IMG/VR virus record: IMGVR_UViG_3300020045_003736
Span: 1 to 27,706 of that record
Source of the DNA: a virus
Taxonomy: Duplodnaviria; Caudoviricetes
Strand: one strand, 5' to 3'
DNA: 27,706 nucleotides
Under the pieces are notes generated by a model, which worked only from the letters and a program-made list of their open reading frames with translations, was not told the DNA's origin and ran no database searches. The position numbers and the translations under genes were made by a program. Below, piece by piece: positions 1 through 7,894 of this stretch (its first letter is position 1; every line of letters begins with the position of its first letter).

Positions 1-14
1 GTAGAAATTAAACC

Positions 15-473
15 ATGAAACAGATATCTACCCTTGTGCCAATGACGCAATTTATACTGGATGCAAAATATGTAGGACAGGAAACATTGAACTACGCCAA
101 ATTCATAACCACACCCCTACGCCTCGGCTTTTTCGTTCCCTGTACGCTGGATGATGTGCCGCTTAGTGAGCCCCCTGCCTATGCTAAAACATTCGCTGAG
201 AACAACGATGCCAATGCTAAGGCGTACCTGAAAGAATATGCTGATGCAAAATCCCGCTGCTTATTTGAGGGGTTTGAACTTGAATATGTTAATAAAGATG
301 AAAGCGGCACATGTATTCGTAAAGGCGATTTAAAAATCATTTTTTATTCAAACAGAATAGAGTTTGATAGCGATATACAGAGTGATTGGCAAATATTGAG
401 AGATTTAGACCAACTTAAATATGCCGATATAAAACTAACCCCCACCGCAATACAGCAGATATATGGAAGGTAA
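15..473 (+). CDS. hypothetical phage protein
   Basis: 152-aa ORF with an A-rich start context; the motif LGFFVPC...EP...EY..AK.R.LFEGF is of a kind I associate with Flavobacteriales phage accessory genes. Confidence 0.75.
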   Translation: MKQISTLVPMTQFILDAKYVGQETLNYAKFITTPLRLGFFVPCTLDDVPLSEPPAYAKTFAENNDANAKAYLKEYADAKSRCLFEGFELEYVNKDESGTCIRKGDLKIIFYSNRIEFDSDIQSDWQILRDLDQLKYADIKLTPTAIQQIYGR

Positions 474-591
474 AAGTAACCTAAAAGAGTACTTTGTATT
501 TTGGCTAATAATGATGTGCTTATATGGGTGCTTAGATAGCTGCGATACGGAAAAACCAAGTACAGAACATGTTAACGAAAACCCACTTTAG
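463..591 (+). CDS. small putative lipoprotein or membrane protein (42 aa, not in ORF track)
   Basis: ATG 463 overlaps the upstream gene end; MEGKSNLKEYFVFWLIMMCLYGCLDSCDTEKPSTEHVNENPL*; hydrophobic stretch followed by Cys. Confidence 0.5.
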   Translation: MEGKSNLKEYFVFWLIMMCLYGCLDSCDTEKPSTEHVNENPL

Positions 592-662
592 TTAACACGT
601 TTAAAAAATACGTTAACGAAAACTAACCGACGGGTGCGCCTGTCTTAAAAATTATAGGAATT

Positions 663-854
663 ATGAAATATGAAAATCAACTTTGGGTAGTATGGGCAAA
701 CGGAATGTGCCATAATGAAAGTGCAAGTTATTTAAAACAGACCGCTATAGACGGCTTCATAAAAGACGGTAGCCTAACGTGGCAGCAATGGCAGCAAATG
801 CACGGTGCCGTATGCCTTAGAACTAATATAACATTTGACACTAATATTTTGTGA
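663..854 (+). CDS. hypothetical protein, apparent paralog of 1786..1980
   Basis: 63 aa; the stop overlaps the next start (GTGA). Confidence 0.7.
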   Translation: MKYENQLWVVWANGMCHNESASYLKQTAIDGFIKDGSLTWQQWQQMHGAVCLRTNITFDTNIL

Positions 855-1330
855 TTACAAAACAAACAGCCGCACTCCTGTATGCTTACGGGTATAAATT
901 GGTGGATGCCAACGGACATAAATATTTAGTAGAATGTTGCCTTGAAAACGAATTAAGCATCAGGAAAGTAGAACCGTTAAGAGCGCCATTCTTAACCGCT
1001 ATTGAGTTTGACCAAATTGGTAAAGACTACTTTATTCTCGCCCGCCCAATGGCAGACCTAACAAAGGAAATAACCATAGACGGGGAGAGCTTTGTGCCGA
1101 TTGTGGAAATTGCAAAACTTGCGTATCCAGGTAAAACAGACTTTGAAGTTAAAACGGATGATGGCGGTTATTTAGATGATGGGTTTATGACTACGTTTTT
1201 CTATGAAGATGGCAATTTCAATTCGAGCAATAAATCAAGATTTGCAAACCAATCCGCCCTATTCAAAAAACTTTCAGAATGGCACTTTAGCCACGACCTA
1301 CCGGCGGGCAGTTGGAAACCTTTAATGTAA
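851..1330 (+). CDS. hypothetical phage protein
   Basis: 159 aa, coupled to the upstream gene; motif ILARPMADLTKEITIDGESFVPI. Confidence 0.75.
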   Translation: MITKQTAALLYAYGYKLVDANGHKYLVECCLENELSIRKVEPLRAPFLTAIEFDQIGKDYFILARPMADLTKEITIDGESFVPIVEIAKLAYPGKTDFEVKTDDGGYLDDGFMTTFFYEDGNFNSSNKSRFANQSALFKKLSEWHFSHDLPAGSWKPLM

Positions 1331-1360
1331 CAACAAGTTAAAAACACATAACATTTTAAC

Positions 1361-1795
1361 ATGAAAACAACCACCTACACCGCAGACCAAATGATACTTT
1401 CCGATGGGGAGGTGTCAATATATTCAAAAGACATGAGAACTCGACATGCAACTACTGATGATGTTGCAGGAATCCCCCAATTAGACCGCAACCGCTTTGT
1501 TAGAGGGGTTGATGTTGAGTTGTTGGCTACCGATTATGCAATGCAAACGCATGGTATTGAGTATACAGAACCTGACATGCAAAGGGATGTAAATGCCACT
1601 AAAAGGGACTTCATAGCAGGCTACAACGCCAATAAGAATGAGTTTACCCTTGACGAAATAAAACAGGCTTGGCAATCTGCTTATGAGCTGTCAGAAAGCT
1701 TTGACCAGGTAATTAAGAGGTTAAGACCTTTAGAACTCCCCGCCTCAATTGAAGTAGACGAAATTTTTAATGTAATAAATGTGAAATGGGAGTAG
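1361..1795 (+). CDS. hypothetical phage protein
   Basis: 144 aa, co-oriented, contains a DFIAGY motif. Confidence 0.7.
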   Translation: MKTTTYTADQMILSDGEVSIYSKDMRTRHATTDDVAGIPQLDRNRFVRGVDVELLATDYAMQTHGIEYTEPDMQRDVNATKRDFIAGYNANKNEFTLDEIKQAWQSAYELSESFDQVIKRLRPLELPASIEVDEIFNVINVKWE

Positions 1796-1980
1796 AGAAA
1801 ACATTCAAAAACTACTGGTGCATTGTGCATCCTAATGGACTACCTCTTTTATACACTTTTCAAAGTACACGAAAATACTGTATAGCATATTTTATGCAGG
1901 AAGATTCAATGACTTGGGCAGAATACCAAAAACTTGGCTGGTCAGTAAAAAAAGTAAACGTAACAATAACTGAGGTATGA
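1786..1980 (+). CDS. hypothetical protein, apparent paralog of 663..854
   Basis: 64 aa, overlaps both neighbours (translational coupling). Confidence 0.7.
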   Translation: MGVEKTFKNYWCIVHPNGLPLLYTFQSTRKYCIAYFMQEDSMTWAEYQKLGWSVKKVNVTITEV

Positions 1981-2381
1981 CAAACGATAAAAAACAACAG
2001 GCTATTATTGAGGCCTACAAGGCGCTGGGCATGAACGTGCCCAAAGACTGTAATGAAAATGGATGGTCTGACGATTCAGCATTTAAAAATGTGGGCTATG
2101 CATTTTATGATACACAGGTACATTTTGACTGTATATTAGCTCGCCCTATACTTTTAGAGGGCATCGAAAGCAACAACGGCTGGGAGCGTATTCTTGAAGA
2201 TGGCAGTAATTTGCCCACTGAAGAAGGACAATATTTCGTATACAGCAAAGTTAGTTGGCATCCATTTTATAGGATGGACATTTTTACAGGCAGGCTTTCT
2301 AACAGCTTTAATCCCCTTACAGGCAATTGTGTATTTACCCACTACCAGCCCATAGTAAAACCTAAACCACCGATATACTGA
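1977..2381 (+). CDS. hypothetical protein with a DUF551-like C-terminal domain
   Basis: GWERI...LP.EEG.Y.V ... FTHYQPI.KP.PP pattern. Confidence 0.65.
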   Translation: MTNDKKQQAIIEAYKALGMNVPKDCNENGWSDDSAFKNVGYAFYDTQVHFDCILARPILLEGIESNNGWERILEDGSNLPTEEGQYFVYSKVSWHPFYRMDIFTGRLSNSFNPLTGNCVFTHYQPIVKPKPPIY

Positions 2382-2582
2382 TGCAGTCTATTTACCGCCA
2401 CTTCAATATTAAGCTAAACCAGCCTCCTGTATATATAGGATGCCATAGGCATACCGGCGCTTACTAAGTTAGTAGGCAAGAAACGCGCAGCCATCCTTAT
2501 AGAAGGCGCATTGAACAGCCACGAGCAGGTTATAGTGATTAAGCTACGTAATGGCGGTAAATTAAGATTTTATAGTAAATAA
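2381..2582 (+). pseudogene. frameshifted small phage gene (about 66 aa if joined)
   Basis: Coupled ATG at 2381 gives MQSIYRHFNIKLNQPPVYIG; the +1 frame, open from 2439, continues DAIGIPALTKLVGKKRAAILIEGALNSHEQVIVIKLRNGGKLRFYSK* with no ATG of its own. Confidence 0.55.
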
Positions 2583-2608
2583 CTTGTAAGAATAAAATTG
2601 TAGGAATT

Positions 2609-3154
2609 ATGACGGACTTAATCGATAAGGCAAGAGAAGTTTTTAAAGAAGACCCTTTAGAGAATAGCAGAAGGGAGCGTGTGGTCTGGGCAAGGATGGC
2701 AATTTACGCACTTATGAGAGATGCGGGTGTATCTTTGAATAAAGTAGCGGAAACTTTTAAGAAAGACAGGGCTACAGTTATGCATGCTTTAAAAACACAC
2801 AAGGATTACATTAAAAACGATAAAGAATATATAGACCTGTTTAATCAACTTATAGGTAATGATTTTATTTACATCGCTGGCGCTATAACAAACGAGCCGG
2901 AATATGCCGCCTTATTTGAAGCTGCTGAAAAGAAACTAAGACGGGATGGATTGATACCTGTTAATCCAGTTGCCCTAAACCACGCCCACGATAAAACATG
3001 GCTTAGCTATATGCGTGAGGACTTAGCCGCCTTAGTCCGGTGCAGTAAAGTATACGCCCTTAGCAACTGGCAAACAAGCAAGGGGGCTATGATTGAGGTT
3101 AATTTAGCAATTAGTTTAGGAATTGAGGTAATTTATGAGGCCAGCTCAATGTAA
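2609..3154 (+). CDS. DnaA C-terminal-like HTH fused to a DUF4406 (nucleoside 2-deoxyribosyltransferase-like) domain
   Basis: N-term RRERVVWARM...SL..VA..F.KDRATVMHA; C-term IYIAGAIT...NP...YMREDL..L..C...W..SKGA..E..LA..LG. Confidence 0.75.
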   Translation: MTDLIDKAREVFKEDPLENSRRERVVWARMAIYALMRDAGVSLNKVAETFKKDRATVMHALKTHKDYIKNDKEYIDLFNQLIGNDFIYIAGAITNEPEYAALFEAAEKKLRRDGLIPVNPVALNHAHDKTWLSYMREDLAALVRCSKVYALSNWQTSKGAMIEVNLAISLGIEVIYEASSM

Positions 3155-3159
3155 TTTTG

Positions 3160-3167
3160 TATATTTG
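3160..3167 (+). promoter_or_regulatory. Bacteroidota sigmaA -7 element (TATATTTG)
   Basis: Matches TAnnTTTG in an intergenic gap, directly before a structured leader. Confidence 0.65.
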
Positions 3168-3172
3168 TAAAC

Positions 3173-3254
3173 GTAGAGTGGTCGCTACAAATAAAAACAT
3201 TATATGAATTCCCTTTCATGATGAGACGACCACCTCTGATTGAAAGGGTTTTTT
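3173..3254 (+). ncRNA. kissing-loop leader RNA, copy 1 (before helicase)
   Basis: P1 GTAG/CTAC with loop AGTGGTCG; P2 CCCTTTCA/TGAAAGGG followed by T6, loop contains CGACCAC (3227-3233). Confidence 0.7.
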
Positions 3255-3261
3255 ATTTTAT

Positions 3262-4896
3262 ATGAAGCCAATCCCATATTACTACCAGGAGGCTATGATA
3301 ACCTCAATATTCGACAAAATTGGATTATTCGACAGCGTTTTATGCCAGTCAGCAACCGGAAGTGGTAAGACAGTTATAATGTCAGAATTTATTAGAAGGT
3401 GGTTAGAATTGAATGAAGGCTCTGTTTTAATATCTGTACATAGGGATGAGTTGGTAGACCAAACATCTGAGACTTTAGCAAATTTCGGTATATTAAACGA
3501 AAAGATAAAATCTAAATCAAAGAATAATTTTAATACTCGCGTTTACGTTGGTATGACCCAAACAATATGGAGCCGTAAGTTATCAATAAATATAGGGCTG
3601 CATGTGGTAGATGAGGCACACGAACAGGTTCACGTGAAAACTTTTGATTTGTTTCCTGAATGTAAGCGTGTCGCTTTTACGGCAACACCAATAATAAATA
3701 AAAGAAGGACGGTTTATATTTGTCCATATTGCGATAAAAAACACGAAACCCGTGTTACATGCTGCTACAATGAAAAAGTAGACAAGTGGTCAATGCCTGT
3801 TACAATGTCAGAAACATATCAATCCTTTATTCCAGGAATACCAATTAAAACATTGATTGAAGAAGGGCATTTAGTAGACGAGTTTATATTTTCTTATGAT
3901 TATTATGCAAACTTAGAAGCAAAGGAAAATGACGATTTTGACGAAAACGAAATTGCCGAGGAGAGTACCAAGCATGATTTAGACGTTTTAGAAGAATACA
4001 AAGAAAAGGCTTTGGGTAAAAAAACAATGATTTTTACCGCATCGACAAAACAAAACCTTTCTCTTTTAGATGTCTTTGAGGGATATAATATAAAGTCCTA
4101 CGATAGCGTAAATAACGATGTTTCAGAGCGTAAAAAAATAGTTGAATGGTATCGTAATACTCAGGACGGTATATTAGTGAGTACAGGTACATTTACAACA
4201 GGGTTTGATGATAAAGAAGTGGAGTGTATAATAGTTAACCGACCTACAAAATCATTATCGCTTTGGCATCAAATAGTAGGGCGTGGCGGGCGCACAAGCA
4301 CAAAAATTTACAAACCTTTCTTTACCCTTATAGACTTAGGGGGCAACGTTAAAAGGCTTGGGAAATGGTCGGATAATTTAGATTGGGAGAACATTTTCTA
4401 TAACGGGCTAATACCGCCACGCAAAAAAAAGGAGGTATTAGTACAATGTGGGCGATGTGCTTACAATTGGATTGGCAACATGAGCGATGAATGTCCCGAC
4501 TGCAATTATGTTACTGAAGCACCTAAACGTGAGGTTGCGCCAAAAGGGGATAATGAGCCGGAACGTGCTGAATTAAAAACTACTGCAATATCGGTTATAC
4601 CAATACCCAATGGTAAAAAAATAGCTGAATTTGTAAAGCGAACTACTGACAACAAGAATGACTACTACAACATAATCATAGATAGATATGTAGAACTTTG
4701 GAAGCTGAACCGTGTAAGCCGTGACATATACGTTCAAAGGATTCGAACAGGCTACCTTAATACTCGTATTTCAGAGTATTTAGAGCGAAATTACGGTTAT
4801 GTGAATAGTTTAAAGCATGGTGTGCCACGTACGTACTATTACTTAGCGGGCAAAATAAGAGATAAACTCGCTGATATTTACAAGTTAAACCCTTAA
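3262..4896 (+). CDS. SF2 DEAH-box helicase (RadD/YejH-like) with Zn ribbons
   Basis: Walker A QSATGSGKT, VVDEAH, motif III TAT, motif VI QIVGRGGR; CPYC and CGRC..CPDC. Confidence 0.9.
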   Translation: MKPIPYYYQEAMITSIFDKIGLFDSVLCQSATGSGKTVIMSEFIRRWLELNEGSVLISVHRDELVDQTSETLANFGILNEKIKSKSKNNFNTRVYVGMTQTIWSRKLSINIGLHVVDEAHEQVHVKTFDLFPECKRVAFTATPIINKRRTVYICPYCDKKHETRVTCCYNEKVDKWSMPVTMSETYQSFIPGIPIKTLIEEGHLVDEFIFSYDYYANLEAKENDDFDENEIAEESTKHDLDVLEEYKEKALGKKTMIFTASTKQNLSLLDVFEGYNIKSYDSVNNDVSERKKIVEWYRNTQDGILVSTGTFTTGFDDKEVECIIVNRPTKSLSLWHQIVGRGGRTSTKIYKPFFTLIDLGGNVKRLGKWSDNLDWENIFYNGLIPPRKKKEVLVQCGRCAYNWIGNMSDECPDCNYVTEAPKREVAPKGDNEPERAELKTTAISVIPIPNGKKIAEFVKRTTDNKNDYYNIIIDRYVELWKLNRVSRDIYVQRIRTGYLNTRISEYLERNYGYVNSLKHGVPRTYYYLAGKIRDKLADIYKLNP

Positions 4897-4920
4897 TAAT
4901 CAAATATTAAGGGTTTTTTT
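4887..4920 (+). terminator. intrinsic terminator
   Basis: AAACCCTTAATA-ATCAAA-TATTAAGGGTTT followed by Ts, spanning the helicase stop. Confidence 0.75.
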
Positions 4921-4929
4921 ATGTGATAG

Positions 4930-5036
4930 CGTGTCACATGTTTTATATTTATCCTACTACTATATAGGCTTTTTTTTAATAATAGTCTGTTTTTATATTA
5001 CCACACTTGAAGCTAAAAACATAAACATGTGACACG
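4930..5036. repeat. 14-bp perfect inverted repeat with 79-nt spacer
   Basis: CGTGTCACATGTTT (4930-4943) / AAACATGTGACACG (5023-5036). Confidence 0.85.
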
Positions 5037-5123
5037 AATTAGATTAAACCCCAATAAAATAAGGCTTTTACAGCGTGTTTTATATTTATTTTAATTAATC
5101 ATACATAGTATAATAATATTTAC

Positions 5124-5131
5124 TATATTTG
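5124..5131 (+). promoter_or_regulatory. -7 element (TATATTTG)
   Basis: TAnnTTTG before the primase leader. Confidence 0.65.
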
Positions 5132-5134
5132 CAT

Positions 5135-5232
5135 TAGAGACCATCTACCTCTATTTAAGAAACTGGTTAACTTAACCAAAACAACCCTTGAATGAACTGA
5201 GTAGATGCAGTGATTTTGGGGGTTTTGTTTTT
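5135..5232 (+). ncRNA. kissing-loop leader RNA, copy 2 (before primase-helicase)
   Basis: P1 TAGAG/CTCTA with loop ACCATCTAC; P2 CCCTTGAA-TGA-ACTG[AGTAGATG]CAGT-GAT-TTTGGGGG followed by a T-rich tail; extra hairpin TGGTTAA/TTAACCA in the linker. Confidence 0.7.
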
Positions 5233-5235
5233 ATT

Positions 5236-7587
5236 ATGAGCACAGTATCATTATTCAAGTCTGTAAGAGACCCAAACAATCCGTTTAATAAATCTATTAC
5301 TTATGCCCTTAGCAGAATAAAGGAAGGTAAATCAAAAGACCTTATAGAGCAGCTAAGGATGATGAGTGAGGATGATTATAATAAAAATAAGGCATCACTG
5401 CCAGGTACATGCTTTAACGGTAAATTTAGTACACGTTCTGTTACCGGGCTAATAGAACATTCAGGATTTATTGTTTTAGACATTGACAAACTAACCAAAG
5501 AAGATGCAATAACACTTAGGGATAGTATAAGCAGCGACGAGTACGTTTATTCTGCATGGATAAGTCCAAGCGGTAAGGGTTTAAAGTTGTTGGTTAAGGT
5601 TCCTGCTAAAGCAGAAAATCACAAAGGATATTTTCAAGCATTAAAAAAACATTTTGACCACCCAAACTGGGATGATAGCGGTAGCGACGTTAGCAGGTTT
5701 TGTTTTGAAAGCTACGACCCCGATATTTATATTAATCCTGAAAGTTCTGTTTGGATTGATTTAGAAGAACCTGAATTAGAAGATATAGGTGTTTCTGATC
5801 CAATTGTTAGGATGGTTTCTGAAAACCAAATAATAGAAAATCTTCTCGTTTGGTGGACTAAAAAATATGGAATGACGATAGGCAAGAAGAATACAAACCT
5901 GTATATTCTCGCCAGCGCTTTTTATGATTTTGGAATATCAAAAACCGATGCTGAACATGAGTGCCTTAAATTTAATTCAGGGGGTAAAGAAAAGGAAATA
6001 CTAAGTATTGTAAAATCTTCTTATAAAAAGTCAACCCCCCCAGGAACAAAGCATTTTGAAGATGTTATTACTGCTGAAAGGGTTAAAAAAATGGTTCGCA
6101 ACGGTGCGTCTACTAAAGACATACAAAACACCTTCAAGGGGGTAGATGTAAGCCGTATAAAGCAAAATTTAGATATAGATGAGTTTTGGTATTACAACGA
6201 TAAAAATAAGATAGTACTATCTACTCATAAATTTAAGTTTTGGTTAGAACAAAACAACTTCTTTAAGTACTACCCAAGTGAAACCAGTAATACTTTTACA
6301 TTCATTAAAAAAGAACAGAATTTACTTGAAGAAACAAACGATAAAAGGATAAAGGATTACGTTTTAAACGATATATTACAACGAACCAGTATAGGTTATG
6401 CCCCGTATGATTTCATGGCTGGTAATACGTCTTATTTTAAGTCTGACTTTCTTTCTATGTTGTCTACTACGGAAATATCTATTAAAGAAGATACAAAAGA
6501 AAAATGCTATTTGTATTATAAAAATTGTGTAGTTGAAATAACACCTGATAGCGTTAAAGAAATTGATTATATTGATGTTGATGGTTACATTTGGAAAAGG
6601 CAAATTATTGACCGTAATTTCCAAAAATCAGACCACCATACCGCTGTATTTAGAAAATTCCTTTGGCTTATATCAGGTCAAAACGTGCAAAAATACAATT
6701 CTTTTAAATCTGTTATAGGCTACCTTCTGCACTCTTTTAAAACCAGCGCAAACAATAAGGCTATTATTTTTAATGATGAAACAATATCGGAAAACCCTAA
6801 TGGGGGGAGCGGTAAGGGGTTGTTTTGGAATGCTTTAAAAAACATGAAAAAGGTATCTTCTATTGATGGTAAAACATTTGAGTTCACTAAATCATTCCCT
6901 TATCAAACAGTAAGTACGGATACACAAATATTGGTTTTTGATGATGTTAAAAAGAACTTCAATTTTGAAAGCCTATTCTCATTGATTACAGAAGGTATAA
7001 CGTTAGAGTATAAAGGACAGGATGCCATATCTATACCGGTTGAGCGTTCCCCAAAGATTTTGATAACAACTAACTACACTATAGGTGGAGTAGGAGGTTC
7101 TTTTGAGAGGCGTAAATTTGAGGTTGAGATGAGCGCATACTTTAGCTATAAACATACCCCCTTAGATGAATTTGGGCATATGCTTTTTTCTGACTGGGAT
7201 AATCAAGAGTGGTTAAGGTTTGACAATTTTATGATTAATTGCAGCCAGTACTATTTACAAAATGGATTGGTTAGCCACGACTTCAACAACCTTGATGTTC
7301 GTAAATTTATTAAAGAAACATCATTTGAGTTTTACGAATGGTCAAAAGATGAAGAAAACATTCCCAAAAACATACGTAATGATAAGACGGAATTGTTTAA
7401 TAAGTTTTTACAAGAGTACCAGGACTTTAGAAAATGGCTTAGCCAAAAGCGTTTTACTATGTGGTTAGAACAATATGGCTCATTCTATAAAATTGAAACA
7501 GCACAGGGGCGTACACACGCCATGAGATACATTGAATTTATAACAGATAACAAACTAAGAGAAAATGACGAAGATATTCCGTTCTGA
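5236..7587 (+). CDS. primase-helicase (VirE_N/BT4734-like N-terminal domain, PriCT-like region, SF3 helicase)
   Basis: K.SLP...F.G.F, HSGFIVLDID, SPSGKGLK, D.SR.CF.SYDP; Walker A GGSGKG, Walker B ILVFDD, motif C ITTN; start moved from TTG 5188 (inside the leader hairpin) to ATG 5236. Confidence 0.88.
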   Translation: MSTVSLFKSVRDPNNPFNKSITYALSRIKEGKSKDLIEQLRMMSEDDYNKNKASLPGTCFNGKFSTRSVTGLIEHSGFIVLDIDKLTKEDAITLRDSISSDEYVYSAWISPSGKGLKLLVKVPAKAENHKGYFQALKKHFDHPNWDDSGSDVSRFCFESYDPDIYINPESSVWIDLEEPELEDIGVSDPIVRMVSENQIIENLLVWWTKKYGMTIGKKNTNLYILASAFYDFGISKTDAEHECLKFNSGGKEKEILSIVKSSYKKSTPPGTKHFEDVITAERVKKMVRNGASTKDIQNTFKGVDVSRIKQNLDIDEFWYYNDKNKIVLSTHKFKFWLEQNNFFKYYPSETSNTFTFIKKEQNLLEETNDKRIKDYVLNDILQRTSIGYAPYDFMAGNTSYFKSDFLSMLSTTEISIKEDTKEKCYLYYKNCVVEITPDSVKEIDYIDVDGYIWKRQIIDRNFQKSDHHTAVFRKFLWLISGQNVQKYNSFKSVIGYLLHSFKTSANNKAIIFNDETISENPNGGSGKGLFWNALKNMKKVSSIDGKTFEFTKSFPYQTVSTDTQILVFDDVKKNFNFESLFSLITEGITLEYKGQDAISIPVERSPKILITTNYTIGGVGGSFERRKFEVEMSAYFSYKHTPLDEFGHMLFSDWDNQEWLRFDNFMINCSQYYLQNGLVSHDFNNLDVRKFIKETSFEFYEWSKDEENIPKNIRNDKTELFNKFLQEYQDFRKWLSQKRFTMWLEQYGSFYKIETAQGRTHAMRYIEFITDNKLRENDEDIPF

Positions 7588-7894
7588 GAGCTTTATACAG
7601 GCTAATTGTATTGCGTGGTTCCGCAATGAATATGAGAGGCATGGCAAAGGCGTTATAATACCTGTGCCAAACGAATTAGCAGCGAAGCGAAAAGATGTAA
7701 TTATACGTGTAGGTTGCTCCGATTTAATAATTGCGTTAAAAGGTAAAGTGATATTCGTGGAAATGAAAACAGCTTATAACGGACAGTCAGACGCTCAATT
7801 AGAGTTCCAACAATCAGTAGAAGCATTAGGCTTTGAATATAAAATAATCCGCACATTAGAGGCGTTTAAAGAATTGGTTTATGAGAATTTATAG
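7565..7894 (+). CDS. VRR-NUC domain nuclease / Holliday junction resolvase
   Basis: ES.IQ, VPNE, GCSDL, FVEMKT..GQS..Q. Confidence 0.85.
   Translation: MTKIFRSESFIQANCIAWFRNEYERHGKGVIIPVPNELAAKRKDVIIRVGCSDLIIALKGKVIFVEMKTAYNGQSDAQLEFQQSVEALGFEYKIIRTLEAFKELVYENL

Noticed and set aside
3218-3239. Box C/D or kink-turn (ATGATGA...CTGA) in leader copy 1
   Set aside because: The exact boxes occur only in copy 1. The other copies keep just the symmetric UGA/GAU motif without a 3-nt bulge, so it is treated as a tandem-GA internal motif.
5188-5235. TTG start of the primase (likewise ATG 11716 for the 11767 gene)
   Set aside because: Both lie inside the P2 leader hairpins; downstream ATGs after the U-tract fit better.
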